Below, one piece after another: positions 37,018-46,933 of a stretch of DNA of 64,000 nt; position 1 is the first letter of the stretch; every line of letters begins with the position of its first letter. This DNA is from Flavobacteriia bacterium (GTDB lineage: Bacteria > Bacteroidota > Bacteroidia > Flavobacteriales_D > Crocinitomicaceae): assembly GCA_016183815.1 (NCBI GenBank), contig JACPDW010000001.1, forward strand, positions 28,551-92,550, read 5' to 3'. The notes under the pieces are model-generated. The model had not been told where the DNA came from and did not search any database. It saw only the letters and a list, made by a program, of their open reading frames with translations. A program made the position numbers and the translations under genes.

Positions 37018-38391
37018 TTAATAGTGGCATTTTGCACATTCCCAACCACCTAACTCTTTTACAGTAACTTTTCCGTCTTTTAAATATTTGTCGTATAAAG
37101 ACTTATCATTATTTAATAAACGTTTATGTATTTCATTGTAATATCCATTGTTTTTACCATTTAATGGTCCGTTATGGATTTCTTTTTCGCCATGACATTC
37201 AATACACCAACCCATAGTTAATGTAGGTTTTGTCAATTTAACATTGCCTTCAATTTCATTTAATTCCGAAACAGGAAGAACACGTGCAGTTTCTTTTTGT
37301 TTTGTCATATCACCATGACATTGTTTGCAATCTACTCCTCCAATTACAACATGTTGAGAGTGATTAAAATACACATGGTCAGGAAGTACATGTACTTTGT
37401 TCCAAACAATTGGTTTTGTTTTCCCAGTATATGAGCCAGCGCCTTCAGGATTCCAACCCGCAGCAGCATATATATTTTTAATTTTTTCTTGTTGGACTGA
37501 TGTTCTGCCGTTAATTTGTTTGTGACAATTCATACAAACATTAACTGTAGGCAAACCAGCTGTTTTTGATTTAGTAACTGAATTATGGCAATATTTACAA
37601 TCAATTCCATTTACACCAGCGTGAACAGTATGAGGGAATTCAATTGGTTGAGTAGGTTGATAATTTTCTACAATACCTATTGAATTTAAATCCATAAATC
37701 CTAAGACGATAAGGGCAACAACTATAATTAATGAAGCAAGACCAACTAATTTTTTATTTTCCCATGCCCAAGTTCTTAATTCCATTGAATAAGATTGATC
37801 GAACTCTTCTCCTGATTTAGATTCGCTTAATGCATTTTTTAAATCTCTCCTTACTTTTGAAACAACTCCAACTATAACAAATAAAACGATGGCAATCATA
37901 ACCCAAAACCAAGTTGATGGTCCTTTGTCTTCTACTACAACTTCATTGTCTGTAACTTCTGGAGTAACGGCAACTACTGGGGCTTGTGCATCGACATAGT
38001 CAAAAATAGCGTCTATTTCCTCTTTTTTAAGTTCTGGAAAGTTGGACATTGCAATTGGTGCCCAAGTTGAAACTGTTTGAGCGTAAGGGTCTTTTTTAGC
38101 GGACATTTCCCAATTGTTTACCCAAGTATAGATAGATTCAGCATTAGCACCTCCATCTAACCATTTTTTTCTTACTTCAAACAATTTTGGACCTGTTCCA
38201 TCTTTGTGAATTTGATGGCAAGCCATACATTTTGCTTTGTACAAGGCCTCACCTTGTGCTAAAACAACATTGACATTTACTAATAGTAGTAATACCAACG
38301 ACCCGAAAATTACTGATTTTATTCTTTTAAACATCTGATTTGTAGATATTTTTATTAGTTTTTTATTCATTTTGTTGAAGTCAACTTCCAC
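37018..38391 (-). CDS. actA: Alternative complex III subunit ActA (multihaem cytochrome c, six CxxCH motifs)
   Basis: 457 aa. CxxCH motifs are CMACH, CKYCH, CMNCH, CKQCH, CIECH and CAKCH. It is first in the act cluster. The start is ambiguous: 38391, 38370 (MNKKLIK) or 38334 (MFKRIKSVIFGSLVLLLLV, which gives the best signal peptide). Confidence 0.85.
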   Translation of the reverse strand: MEVDFNKMNKKLIKISTNQMFKRIKSVIFGSLVLLLLVNVNVVLAQGEALYKAKCMACHQIHKDGTGPKLFEVRKKWLDGGANAESIYTWVNNWEMSAKKDPYAQTVSTWAPIAMSNFPELKKEEIDAIFDYVDAQAPVVAVTPEVTDNEVVVEDKGPSTWFWVMIAIVLFVIVGVVSKVRRDLKNALSESKSGEEFDQSYSMELRTWAWENKKLVGLASLIIVVALIVLGFMDLNSIGIVENYQPTQPIEFPHTVHAGVNGIDCKYCHNSVTKSKTAGLPTVNVCMNCHKQINGRTSVQQEKIKNIYAAAGWNPEGAGSYTGKTKPIVWNKVHVLPDHVYFNHSQHVVIGGVDCKQCHGDMTKQKETARVLPVSELNEIEGNVKLTKPTLTMGWCIECHGEKEIHNGPLNGKNNGYYNEIHKRLLNNDKSLYDKYLKDGKVTVKELGGWECAKCHY

Positions 38392-38402
38392 TTATATGAG
38401 GG

Positions 38403-38410
38403 CAAATTTA
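38403..38410 (-). promoter_or_regulatory. Candidate -7 promoter box (TAAATTTG) for the act-oxidase operon
   Basis: The reverse complement matches TAnnTTTG. It lies 12 nt upstream of ATG 38391 and 33 nt upstream of ATG 38370. Motif match only. Confidence 0.3.
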
Positions 38411-38618
38411 ATATTAGAATTTATTTCAATGACATTTTTATGACAAAAATATTCAATGATTATTCAATTTAGAATTATTCTAAATAATAGAACAGATTAA
38501 TACATCTATTTCTATTTTTCTTTTGAATTTTTGATTTTAATTTAAGTATTTGATATTAGTGTTTTTATAAAATTTAATAAACTAAAAATTAAAAATATTG
38601 TATTTAAATTATTAATTT

Positions 38619-41600
38619 TTATTCATTTTCTATACTTTGAATTAAGGGAAGATGAACGATAAATTCTGTAAATTTATCTTTTTCACTTTCAAAATTTATT
38701 TGTCCTTTATGTGCTTGAATGATTTGATATACAAAAGCTAAACCCAAACCTGATCCAGAAGTTTTGGTTGTAAAATTTGCTTTAAAAATATTCTTTTTCA
38801 TTTCATCAGGAATTCCTATTCCTTCGTCCTTTATTTTGAAAATTACATTAGATTCTTTTTTTGCACAAATGATCTCAATTTTTTTATATTCTTTGTTTTG
38901 TTGTGCTTGGATGGCGTTTATAAATAGATTGTTGAAAACGTGAAGCATTAAGTTTTTGTCACCTTTTATAAAAATAGGTTTATTTTCTATTCTCATTTCT
39001 ATTGATACATTTATTTCTTTATTGTAAATTGAAACACAATTTTCAATCACTTGGATAATGTCAAATTCTTCAAAATTTTCTTTAGGTAAGGTTGCAAATT
39101 GTGAAAACTCATTACTAATTTTCACCAAACTGTCGATTTGTGAACTAAGAGAAACTATCAAAAGATTTAATTTTTCTTTCATCTCAGGATCATTGGGGTC
39201 AAAAATTCTTTGAAAATGTTGTAAACTTAATTTCATTGGAGTCAATGGATTTTTGATTTCGTGTGCAATTTGTTTTGCCATTTCACGCCAAGCCATTTCT
39301 CTTTCATTTTGTGCCAATTGGTTGGCAGACAACGCCAATTCGTTTAATTTTTGATTGTAACTAACTATTAATTGACCTAACTCATCGTCTGATTGATAAG
39401 GAATTGGTTCGTTGTATTTTCCAATTTGCATTTTAGTTAGACTTTCTTGAATGACTTTTAATGGTTTACTCAACCAATTTGAAATTATTACTGCGGTGAT
39501 TAAAGAAAGGACTAGTAAAACGTTTAATAGATTAATTAAAGACAAAATAAATTCTTCGATTTTTTTTTCAAAATCTTCTTGTTGTCTGAATTGAGTCAAA
39601 TGAATAAAATACGAAGTGTTCACATTTTCTTTTATTTCAAAATACGCAGATTTAAATTTCAATTTTCCAATGGTTTCAGTTGTAATAATCGACTTTTTAT
39701 ACGTATTCTGTAATTGCTTTTTAATTGAGAAATGAATCAAATCGCTAATTACACCATAATTATATATTCTAGGTTCGGTTGTAGAAAGTAAATAACCAGA
39801 GGAGTTGTAGATATTAATGTCTGTTTGAAGTCGGTTTTTCCAATCTAAAATCATTCGATTTAAACTACTGTTGTCAGAAAAATTGAATTCTTTTTCATTC
39901 AATTGTTTTTTTACGGAATAAGTTTTGTTTAATAAAAGTTTGTCCTCATTGTCTTCAAACTGATTTTTTATAAAATAAATAGAGACCATTGTGAAAATTC
40001 CTAAAATTAAAAAAGTAAATAAAAATAGACTTCCTTGAATTTTTAATGACAAAGTAAATAATCCATTGTTTTCAATAAAAGAATGATAAAAAAGATGAAT
40101 AATAAATAATATAAAATAACAAGTAAACAAAAAAGAAAAGGTGGAAAGTTGAACGTAAAAAGAATCGTTTTCTTTTGAAATAATTAGCACATCGTTACCA
40201 GTTTTTTTATGCACAAAATGTTTAAACTTTTCATAACTAAAGGAAAATTGATTTTTTTTATTTTTTGGAAGCCAATCGAGTTTTTGAGGGTAATTAAATG
40301 CTCCATTTTCACTAACTAAAATATTATTATAGTATTTGGCTAAACTATATTTTTCTAAAACTTTTAACACTTGCGATTTATCTGAAATAAGTAGTCTTGG
40401 AAATCCAATTTTTTCAGGAATTTTTTTTGATTTAAAAGTTAGGTATAAATTTTCATTTTCATTTATTTTCTTTTTTGAAATATAAGAAAGCTGACTGGTA
40501 AAATCTTTAATAAAATAAAGGGAATTGTTTAATTGGGAAGGAGAACTGTGTTTTGAAATGATTTGTTCAAAGGAAATTTTTTTATTTTTTAAAGCATCAT
40601 TAAAAATCGTCAAATCATTCTGAATATAAAATTCAATTTCATATCGTTTCCAAAAATCGCCAGAAAAACATTTATTAATTAAAGAATTTAATTCTTTTTT
40701 AGAGAATTCATTTTTTTCTAAAAGTAGATATTGTAAATTCCAGATTGAATCACTTTTTTGAAATTCTATTTCTAATGAAATATCTCTGTCACTTGTTAAC
40801 TGTTCAACATAAATTTGTTTTTCATTGTTCTCTTTTGTTTCATTATTCTTTGAAACCAAAAAAGTAAGCATAAAGGCAGAGATTGTTATCATTAAGGTGC
40901 TTTGAATCCAAAATCTTTTTTTTCTTTCTAGGTTGAAAAATTGAAATCCAATCAGGAGAGTAAAATAGATTACAATTTCAATACTGATTATTTTGAAAAA
41001 CTGCAGTAGTATTTCAATACCAATAAAACAAAATAAAATTAATATTTTCCCTTTGTTTTGAAAATTATCTAAACTTTTATAAACCAAAGAAGATGTAGAG
41101 ATACAAAAGTAAATAAGTGAAGTGGAAAGAATAAAAAAACAAGATGTAATGGTGTTCCAACTCAACAATTTTTCTATCAAAACAAAATAGCTGGAGTCTT
41201 TTATTATAGAATCGATTATAAAGTTTAAAAAACTAATCAGTAATAAGGAATAAAGGAGTAGAATTATGGTTTTATTAAAAGAGTTCGAATTTGAGGGTAG
41301 AAAAACTTTTTTTAAATAATATAGAGTAAAACCAAAAAATATCGACCAAGCAAATAAAACATAAAGAGAGGGAAAAAGGTATGAATGTGCAAATAATCTT
41401 TTGTCGATATACAGCCATGTTGTTTGTTCTAAGAAATAATTACTAACATAAACTATTGAAAAGTAACTAATTAAAAGTAGAAAAGGAAAAATTTTGTAAG
41501 AAAAGTTTCTGTTTATGAAATGAATATAAACACTTATCAATACTAAGAAAATCAACAACAACAATAATATTTCTTCCCAAAAAGTAAAAGATGCTGTTTC

Positions 41601-41879
41601 ATCAATAAGTAAGGAGAATAAGTACTTGTTTTTACTATTTTTTATTGCAAAGCCATTGTCTTTTTCTAATATTAGATGTGCATTTCTTTTGATATTAAAG
41701 TCCTTATGTAATTGATTAACAAGATATTGATTTTGTCCAGTATATTCATTTGCGATTAAAAAGCTAGATACCAAAATAATGTTTCCTACTTTTTGAGCAT
41801 GAGAATAATACCAACCGTTTTGCAATTTCAATAAACCATTTATAGGGAAATGAATATCGACATACCTTGAAACGGGCAT
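38619..41879 (-). CDS. Large multi-TM sensor histidine kinase (HisKA + HATPase_c), orphan; the true N-terminus is probably upstream, up to 42152
   Basis: 1086 aa from ATG 41879, with many TM helices. It has a HAMP-like linker, the H-box AHEIKNPLTPM, and N/G boxes (FNNLFINAIQA, DEGIGIP, GSGLGLA). The frame stays open for 92 more codons upstream (see findings). Confidence 0.8.
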   Translation of the reverse strand: MPVSRYVDIHFPINGLLKLQNGWYYSHAQKVGNIILVSSFLIANEYTGQNQYLVNQLHKDFNIKRNAHLILEKDNGFAIKNSKNKYLFSLLIDETASFTFWEEILLLLLIFLVLISVYIHFINRNFSYKIFPFLLLISYFSIVYVSNYFLEQTTWLYIDKRLFAHSYLFPSLYVLFAWSIFFGFTLYYLKKVFLPSNSNSFNKTIILLLYSLLLISFLNFIIDSIIKDSSYFVLIEKLLSWNTITSCFFILSTSLIYFCISTSSLVYKSLDNFQNKGKILILFCFIGIEILLQFFKIISIEIVIYFTLLIGFQFFNLERKKRFWIQSTLMITISAFMLTFLVSKNNETKENNEKQIYVEQLTSDRDISLEIEFQKSDSIWNLQYLLLEKNEFSKKELNSLINKCFSGDFWKRYEIEFYIQNDLTIFNDALKNKKISFEQIISKHSSPSQLNNSLYFIKDFTSQLSYISKKKINENENLYLTFKSKKIPEKIGFPRLLISDKSQVLKVLEKYSLAKYYNNILVSENGAFNYPQKLDWLPKNKKNQFSFSYEKFKHFVHKKTGNDVLIISKENDSFYVQLSTFSFLFTCYFILFIIHLFYHSFIENNGLFTLSLKIQGSLFLFTFLILGIFTMVSIYFIKNQFEDNEDKLLLNKTYSVKKQLNEKEFNFSDNSSLNRMILDWKNRLQTDINIYNSSGYLLSTTEPRIYNYGVISDLIHFSIKKQLQNTYKKSIITTETIGKLKFKSAYFEIKENVNTSYFIHLTQFRQQEDFEKKIEEFILSLINLLNVLLVLSLITAVIISNWLSKPLKVIQESLTKMQIGKYNEPIPYQSDDELGQLIVSYNQKLNELALSANQLAQNEREMAWREMAKQIAHEIKNPLTPMKLSLQHFQRIFDPNDPEMKEKLNLLIVSLSSQIDSLVKISNEFSQFATLPKENFEEFDIIQVIENCVSIYNKEINVSIEMRIENKPIFIKGDKNLMLHVFNNLFINAIQAQQNKEYKKIEIICAKKESNVIFKIKDEGIGIPDEMKKNIFKANFTTKTSGSGLGLAFVYQIIQAHKGQINFESEKDKFTEFIVHLPLIQSIENE

Positions 41880-42218
41880 TTGATTATTATTCCAAAAAAT
41901 TAGAGAATCAGCTTGAAAAATATGGATAATAAACTCATTTTTTTGACTAAATTTTTGTAAATCTTTTAAATTATTTAATTTTTTTTCAAGGATATCGTTA
42001 CAAAGAGAAAGTTTATTTTCCTTTTCACTAAATTTTTTTTGAAAATAAGCAACTTCTAAATTGCTATTAAAATTAAATTTATTGTATAGAAAAAAGGCGA
42101 GAACTACAGATAGAACTACACTTATTAATAGATATTTATTTTTACTAAAAATACTTTAAGATAAAAAGTTACTACTCAAAACTAAAAAAAAATATTGGAA
42201 TATACAGTTTTTTTGATT

Positions 42219-42824
42219 CTATTTCAATAAAAGATTAATCTTTTCAACCAATTGAATAAAATCAACTTCTGAATTTGTGTCATTTCGATAAATAAAATCA
42301 ACTTGTTCTCTATAAGGCAATAGATATTTTTCATAACAAGGTAATACATGATTTTCCCATTGATAAATGATGGAATCTCTAGTATATCCTCTGGTTTCTT
42401 GATCTCTATATAAACGTCTGTCCAATTGAGTTTCAAGATCTACATCAACAAAAATTTTATAATCTAAAAGATTTTTTACTCCTTTGTAATGAAGTGAAAA
42501 AAGTCCTTCAATGAAAATGATTGGGGAGGGTTCAATTGTGAGTAAGACGTGTTTATCAGGTGGTGCATTAAAATGATATTCTTTTACTTCAATTGAATTT
42601 CCTTTCATAAGTTGATTCAAATCTTCGCATAATTGTTCTTCATTAAGAGCAGAGGGTAAATCAAAATTTATTTGATTATTTTGATCAACAAATTGATGTT
42701 GTATAGGTTTGTAATAATTATCCATAATAAAAATAGAGGGCGATAGATGCTGATAATGTTGAGACAAACGTCTTAACAAGGTTGTTTTTCCAGAGCCGCT
42801 ACCACCACAAATTCCTATTAACAT
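42219..42824 (-). CDS. udk: Uridine kinase
   Basis: 201 aa. P-loop ICGGSGSGKTT and the conserved RRLYRDQETRG block. Confidence 0.9.
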   Translation of the reverse strand: MLIGICGGSGSGKTTLLRRLSQHYQHLSPSIFIMDNYYKPIQHQFVDQNNQINFDLPSALNEEQLCEDLNQLMKGNSIEVKEYHFNAPPDKHVLLTIEPSPIIFIEGLFSLHYKGVKNLLDYKIFVDVDLETQLDRRLYRDQETRGYTRDSIIYQWENHVLPCYEKYLLPYREQVDFIYRNDTNSEVDFIQLVEKINLLLK

Positions 42825-42960
42825 TGAAACATATTTGGGGCTTAAAAGTACACTTTTTTAAAAAATATTTTAATGAAATAAAAAAAATAAAATTAGTTTA
42901 ATAAAAAAAACTTAGTTTTACAACGATTTATTTAATTAGATTACGCTCAAGAACAATAGT

Positions 42961-44019
42961 GTGAAAATGGAGTTTAACGCATTTCAAATTGCAGAGATAT
43001 TGAACGGTGAAGTGGTTGGCAACGGTCAAACCAGCGTTTTTCAATTAGCAAAAATAGAAGAAGGGAAAAAAGGAGCTTTATCTTTTTTGTCCAATCCAAA
43101 GTATGAAGAATATATTTATGAAACAAAATCTAGTGTTTGTATTGTCAATAATGATTTTGTTCCTGTTAAAAATATACCAGACACCTTAACTTTGATAAAA
43201 GTAGATGATGCCTATGCTTGTTTTGCAAAATTACTGGCTTTTTATCAACAAATGAAGCAGAAAAGTCCTGAAATTGAAAAGCAATCTTTTGTGCATGAAT
43301 CAGTTGAACTACCAGAGGATATCTATTTAGGTGCATTTTCATACATCAGTAAAGGAGTAAAAATCGGAAAAAATGCACAAATTTATCCTAATGTTTTTGT
43401 AGGAGAAAATGTACAAATTCAAGACAATTGTATCTTATATCCACATGTTTCTATCTATGCTGATTGTGTTATTGGAAATCGTTGTATTTTACATTCAGGA
43501 GTAATAATTGGTGCGGATGGTTTTGGTTTTGCACCAAATTCAAAAGGTGAATATGAAAAAATTCCTCAAATTGGAAATGTAATTTTAGAAGATGATGTAG
43601 AAATTGGTGCCAATTCTACTATTGATAGAGCAACCTTGGGTTCAACAATTATTCGAAAAGGAGTAAAAATTGATAATCTTTGTCAAATTGCTCATAATGT
43701 TGAAGTTGGAGAACATACTGTAATGGCCGCTTTTGTAGGCATTGCTGGTTCTGCAAAGATTGGTAAAAAGGTAATGATTGGTGGTCAAGTGGGAATTGCT
43801 GGACATTTAAAAATTGCTGATGAAACTAAAATTGTTGCTCAATCAGGAATACCAGGATCGGTTAAAAAAGCTGAAACTTTAATGGGGTCGCCTGCAATTC
43901 CAATGGAGGACTATAAAAAATCTTATTTTGGTTTCAGAAAATTACCTTATATACTTAAAAAAATTCAAGAATTTGATCAATACCTAAAAGAAAAAAACAA
44001 AAAACAAGAAAATGGTTGA
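42961..44019 (+). CDS. lpxD: UDP-3-O-acylglucosamine N-acyltransferase LpxD
   Basis: 352 aa with left-handed beta-helix hexapeptide repeats. The N-terminal FLSNPKYEEY block and the GADGFGFA active-site region are present. The track start is a GTG at 42961, and ATG at 42967 is equally plausible. Confidence 0.9.
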   Translation: MKMEFNAFQIAEILNGEVVGNGQTSVFQLAKIEEGKKGALSFLSNPKYEEYIYETKSSVCIVNNDFVPVKNIPDTLTLIKVDDAYACFAKLLAFYQQMKQKSPEIEKQSFVHESVELPEDIYLGAFSYISKGVKIGKNAQIYPNVFVGENVQIQDNCILYPHVSIYADCVIGNRCILHSGVIIGADGFGFAPNSKGEYEKIPQIGNVILEDDVEIGANSTIDRATLGSTIIRKGVKIDNLCQIAHNVEVGEHTVMAAFVGIAGSAKIGKKVMIGGQVGIAGHLKIADETKIVAQSGIPGSVKKAETLMGSPAIPMEDYKKSYFGFRKLPYILKKIQEFDQYLKEKNKKQENG

Positions 44020-45415
44020 AAAACAAAGAACTTTAAAACAATCTGTAAAAATTACTGGTATTGGATTACATACCGGATTAAAAGTAAACGTCGAATTATG
44101 TCCCGCAGCTGTGAATACTGGATATGTATTTCAAAGAATAGATCTTGAAAATCAACCTACAATAAAAGCAGATGCCGATTTTGTTGTTTCAACTGATAGA
44201 GGTACAACAATTGAACAAAATGGTGCAAAAGTGCATACAATTGAACATGTTTTATCTTCTTTGTATGGATTACAAGTGGATAATTGTTTAATTAAAATTG
44301 ATGCTCCTGAAGTGCCAATCATGGATGGAAGTGCTTATCCTTTTGTTTTGGCTATACAAAGTGTGGGTTTTGAAGATCAAGAGGCAGTTAGAGATTATTT
44401 TGTGTTAAACGAAATTATTCCATGGGAAGATCCAGAGAAAGGAATAGAGTTTTTAGCTGTGCCAGATGTGAATTTTAGGATTACAGTAATGGTTGATTAC
44501 AAATCGCCAGTTTTAGGAACTCAACACGCTTCCATGTATCATATTGGAGAGTTTGTAAATGAAATTTCGATTTGCAGAACATTTGTTTTTTTAAGAGAAT
44601 TGGAATTTTTAGCTAAAAATAATTTAATTAAAGGCGGAGATTTAGACAACGCCATCGTTTTAGTGGATAAAGCTGATGTTTCTCAGGAAGAATTAAACCG
44701 TTTAGCAAAACTTCTTGGCAAGGAAGAACTTAAAATAAAGGTCGAAGGAATTGGTGTGTTGAACAATTCAAAAATGAAGTTTGAAAACGAACCCGCTCGA
44801 CATAAATTATTAGACATTGTTGGAGATTTGGCTTTGGTAGGTAAACCAATTAAAGCACATATTTTAGGTGCACGAACGGGTCATTCGGGTAATGTTCGTT
44901 TTGCTAAAGTATTAAAAGAACAAATTAAAAAACAGGAAAAACAAGGAAAAACATTTGACTTAAACAAAGAACCTGTTTATACCATAACAGATATTGAGAA
45001 AATGCTGCCTCACCGTTATCCATTTTTATTAGTGGATAAAGTTATTGAAGTAAAAGAGGAATCTATCATTGGAATTAAAAATATCACGATGAATGAACCT
45101 GTTTTCCAAGGTCATTTTCCTAATAATCCTATTTTTCCTGGAGTTTTACAGATTGAAGCTATGGCTCAAGTTGGTGGAATTTTTGCATTAAGTAAAGTTG
45201 ATGAACCACATTTGTATTCAACATATTTTCTTAAAATCGATAAAGTTAAATTTAAGCAAAAAGTAATTCCTGGAGACACTCTTGTTTTTGAATTGAGTTT
45301 AATTTCTCCAATAAGAAGAGGTTTGGTTGAAATGCGTGGTCATGCTTATGTGAACGGGAAAGTAGTGATGGAAGCAGATATGTTGGCTCAAGTGATAAAA
45401 GATAAAAAACAATGA
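44012..45415 (+). CDS. lpxC: Bifunctional UDP-3-O-acyl-GlcNAc deacetylase / 3-hydroxyacyl-ACP dehydratase (LpxC-FabZ fusion)
   Basis: 467 aa. The N-terminal LpxC half has QRTLK...GIGLHTG, TIEHVLSS and HKLLDIVGDLAL. The C-terminal FabZ half has LPHRYPFLLVD and FQGHFP...PGVL. This fusion is typical of Bacteroidota. Confidence 0.95.
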   Translation: MVEKQRTLKQSVKITGIGLHTGLKVNVELCPAAVNTGYVFQRIDLENQPTIKADADFVVSTDRGTTIEQNGAKVHTIEHVLSSLYGLQVDNCLIKIDAPEVPIMDGSAYPFVLAIQSVGFEDQEAVRDYFVLNEIIPWEDPEKGIEFLAVPDVNFRITVMVDYKSPVLGTQHASMYHIGEFVNEISICRTFVFLRELEFLAKNNLIKGGDLDNAIVLVDKADVSQEELNRLAKLLGKEELKIKVEGIGVLNNSKMKFENEPARHKLLDIVGDLALVGKPIKAHILGARTGHSGNVRFAKVLKEQIKKQEKQGKTFDLNKEPVYTITDIEKMLPHRYPFLLVDKVIEVKEESIIGIKNITMNEPVFQGHFPNNPIFPGVLQIEAMAQVGGIFALSKVDEPHLYSTYFLKIDKVKFKQKVIPGDTLVFELSLISPIRRGLVEMRGHAYVNGKVVMEADMLAQVIKDKKQ

Positions 45416-46188
45416 TTAGTCCATTAGCTTATGTTTCAAAAGATGCAAAAATAGCAGAAGGAGTAACGATTTACCCATTTTCGACTATTTTTGAAGAGGT
45501 TGAAATAGGGGAAGGTTCAATTATTCATCCCAATGTGAGTATTTATCCAGGTACAAAAATTGGAAAGCATTGTGAAATATTTCCTGGTGCTGTGATTGGT
45601 GTTGTCCCTCAAGATTTAAAATATAATGGAGAAAAAACATCGGTGGAAATTGGAGATTATACTCGCATAAGGGAATGTGTTACAATTCATAAAGGTACAA
45701 CTGATAAATGGTGTACAAAAATTGGCTCTCATTGTTTATTAATGACTTATGTTCATATTGCTCACGATTGTCAAATTGGGAATAATGTGATTTTAGCTTC
45801 TTATGTCGGTTTGTCTGGTCATGTAGAAATTGATGATTATGCGATTTTAGAAGGAACGGCAGTCGTTCAACAGTTTATAAAAATTGGATCTCATTCTTTC
45901 ATAGCAGGTGCTTCTTTGGTAAGAAAAGACGTTCCACCATTTATTAAAGCAGCGAGAGAACCTTTAACTTTTGCTGGTGTCAATTCAATCGGAATTCGAA
46001 GAAGGGGATATAGTGACGAACAAGTGAGAGAAATTGAAGATATTTACAGAATATTGTATGTTTTAAATAGCAATATTAGTAAAGGAATTGAAGCAATTAA
46101 AGAAAATGTAACACAAAGTCCAATAAGAGATCAAATCTTAAATTTTATTGAAAGTTCTGATAAAGGAATTATAAGGGGTTTGATTTAA
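45412..46188 (+). CDS. lpxA: Acyl-ACP:UDP-GlcNAc O-acyltransferase LpxA
   Basis: 258 aa with hexapeptide-repeat beta-helix. Contains the HIAHDCQIGN catalytic His block and the NSIGIRRRG motif. An ATGA overlap links it to lpxC/fabZ. Confidence 0.9.
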   Translation: MISPLAYVSKDAKIAEGVTIYPFSTIFEEVEIGEGSIIHPNVSIYPGTKIGKHCEIFPGAVIGVVPQDLKYNGEKTSVEIGDYTRIRECVTIHKGTTDKWCTKIGSHCLLMTYVHIAHDCQIGNNVILASYVGLSGHVEIDDYAILEGTAVVQQFIKIGSHSFIAGASLVRKDVPPFIKAAREPLTFAGVNSIGIRRRGYSDEQVREIEDIYRILYVLNSNISKGIEAIKENVTQSPIRDQILNFIESSDKGIIRGLI

Positions 46189-46210
46189 AAACTAATTTAT
46201 ATTAATAAAA

Positions 46211-46236
46211 AAACCGTCCAAAAATAGAAACGGTTT
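46211..46236 (-). terminator. Hairpin terminator after rpmA (possibly bidirectional with lpxA)
   Basis: A 7-bp stem pairs AAACCGT (46211-46217) with ACGGTTT (46230-46236) around a 12-nt loop. On the minus strand it is followed by a T-run (plus-strand A-run 46207-46210). Confidence 0.5.
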
Positions 46237-46258
46237 AAAGTAATATATTTTTTAAAAA

Positions 46259-46528
46259 CTAAGCTTCGCTTACCTCAAAAGGTTTTATTGAAACAAACGA
46301 ACGATTGTCTTTTTTCTTACGAAATTCTACAACACCATCAGTTAAGGCAAATAAAGTGTGGTCTTTTCCAATACCTACATTATTACCTGGATGATGAGCT
46401 GTACCTCTTTGACGAACAATAATATTTCCTGCAATAGCAGCTTGTCCACCGAATATTTTTACACCTAATCTTTTTGAGTGAGATTCACGGCCGTTTTTAG
46501 AACTACCAACTCCTTTTTTATGTGCCAT
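46259..46528 (-). CDS. rpmA: 50S ribosomal protein L27
   Basis: 89 aa. [24 protein letters not shown]...[10 protein letters not shown] is a near-universal L27 sequence. Confidence 0.95.
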   Translation of the reverse strand: MAHKKGVGSSKNGRESHSKRLGVKIFGGQAAIAGNIIVRQRGTAHHPGNNVGIGKDHTLFALTDGVVEFRKKKDNRSFVSIKPFEVSEA

Positions 46529-46540
46529 ATCTTTTTACTT

Positions 46541-46852
46541 TTAAAGTTTAATGTCTGAAATTGTAATAGAAGTAAAAGATTGTCTATGACCGTTTTTTTT
46601 GCGGTATCCTTTTCTTCTTTTTTTATGGAAAACAATCACTTTGTCTCCTTTTACATGATTATTTACGGTGGCAGTAATTTTTGCACCATCTATAGCCGGG
46701 GCGCCTACGGTTATTTTGCCCTCATTGTCAACTAATAAAACTCTGTCAAATTCTAAATTTTGACCTTCATTAGCGTCTAAACGATGAACAAACAACTTTT
46801 GGTCTTTTTGCACTTTAAATTGCTGCCCTGCTATTTCTACAATTGCGTACAT
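46541..46852 (-). CDS. rplU: 50S ribosomal protein L21
   Basis: 103 aa. [14 protein letters not shown]...[15 protein letters not shown] is the L21 signature. It sits directly upstream of rpmA. Confidence 0.95.
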   Translation of the reverse strand: MYAIVEIAGQQFKVQKDQKLFVHRLDANEGQNLEFDRVLLVDNEGKITVGAPAIDGAKITATVNNHVKGDKVIVFHKKRRKGYRKKNGHRQSFTSITISDIKL

Positions 46853-46888
46853 AATAGCTAAATTTTAATTTTTTATAAAAATGGAGTG

Positions 46889-46896
46889 CAAAGATA
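46889..46896 (-). promoter_or_regulatory. Candidate -7 promoter box (TATCTTTG) for rplU-rpmA
   Basis: The reverse complement matches TAnnTTTG 36 nt upstream of ATG 46852. Motif match only. Confidence 0.35.
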
Positions 46897-46933
46897 GTAA
46901 TTTAATCTTTAACAATAACAATTTTGTTAAAAA

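Noticed and set aside
38392-38618. FNR/CRP-type boxes (TTGAT-N4-ATCAA) or a structured RNA in the 227-nt region upstream of actA. The same was considered for the 29513-29683 and 47696-47779 spacers.
   Set aside because: Only AT-rich sequence with a short direct repeat (ATTCAAT twice) was seen. There is no palindromic FNR-like site and no GC-supported helices. Nothing beyond a single -7-like box could be supported.
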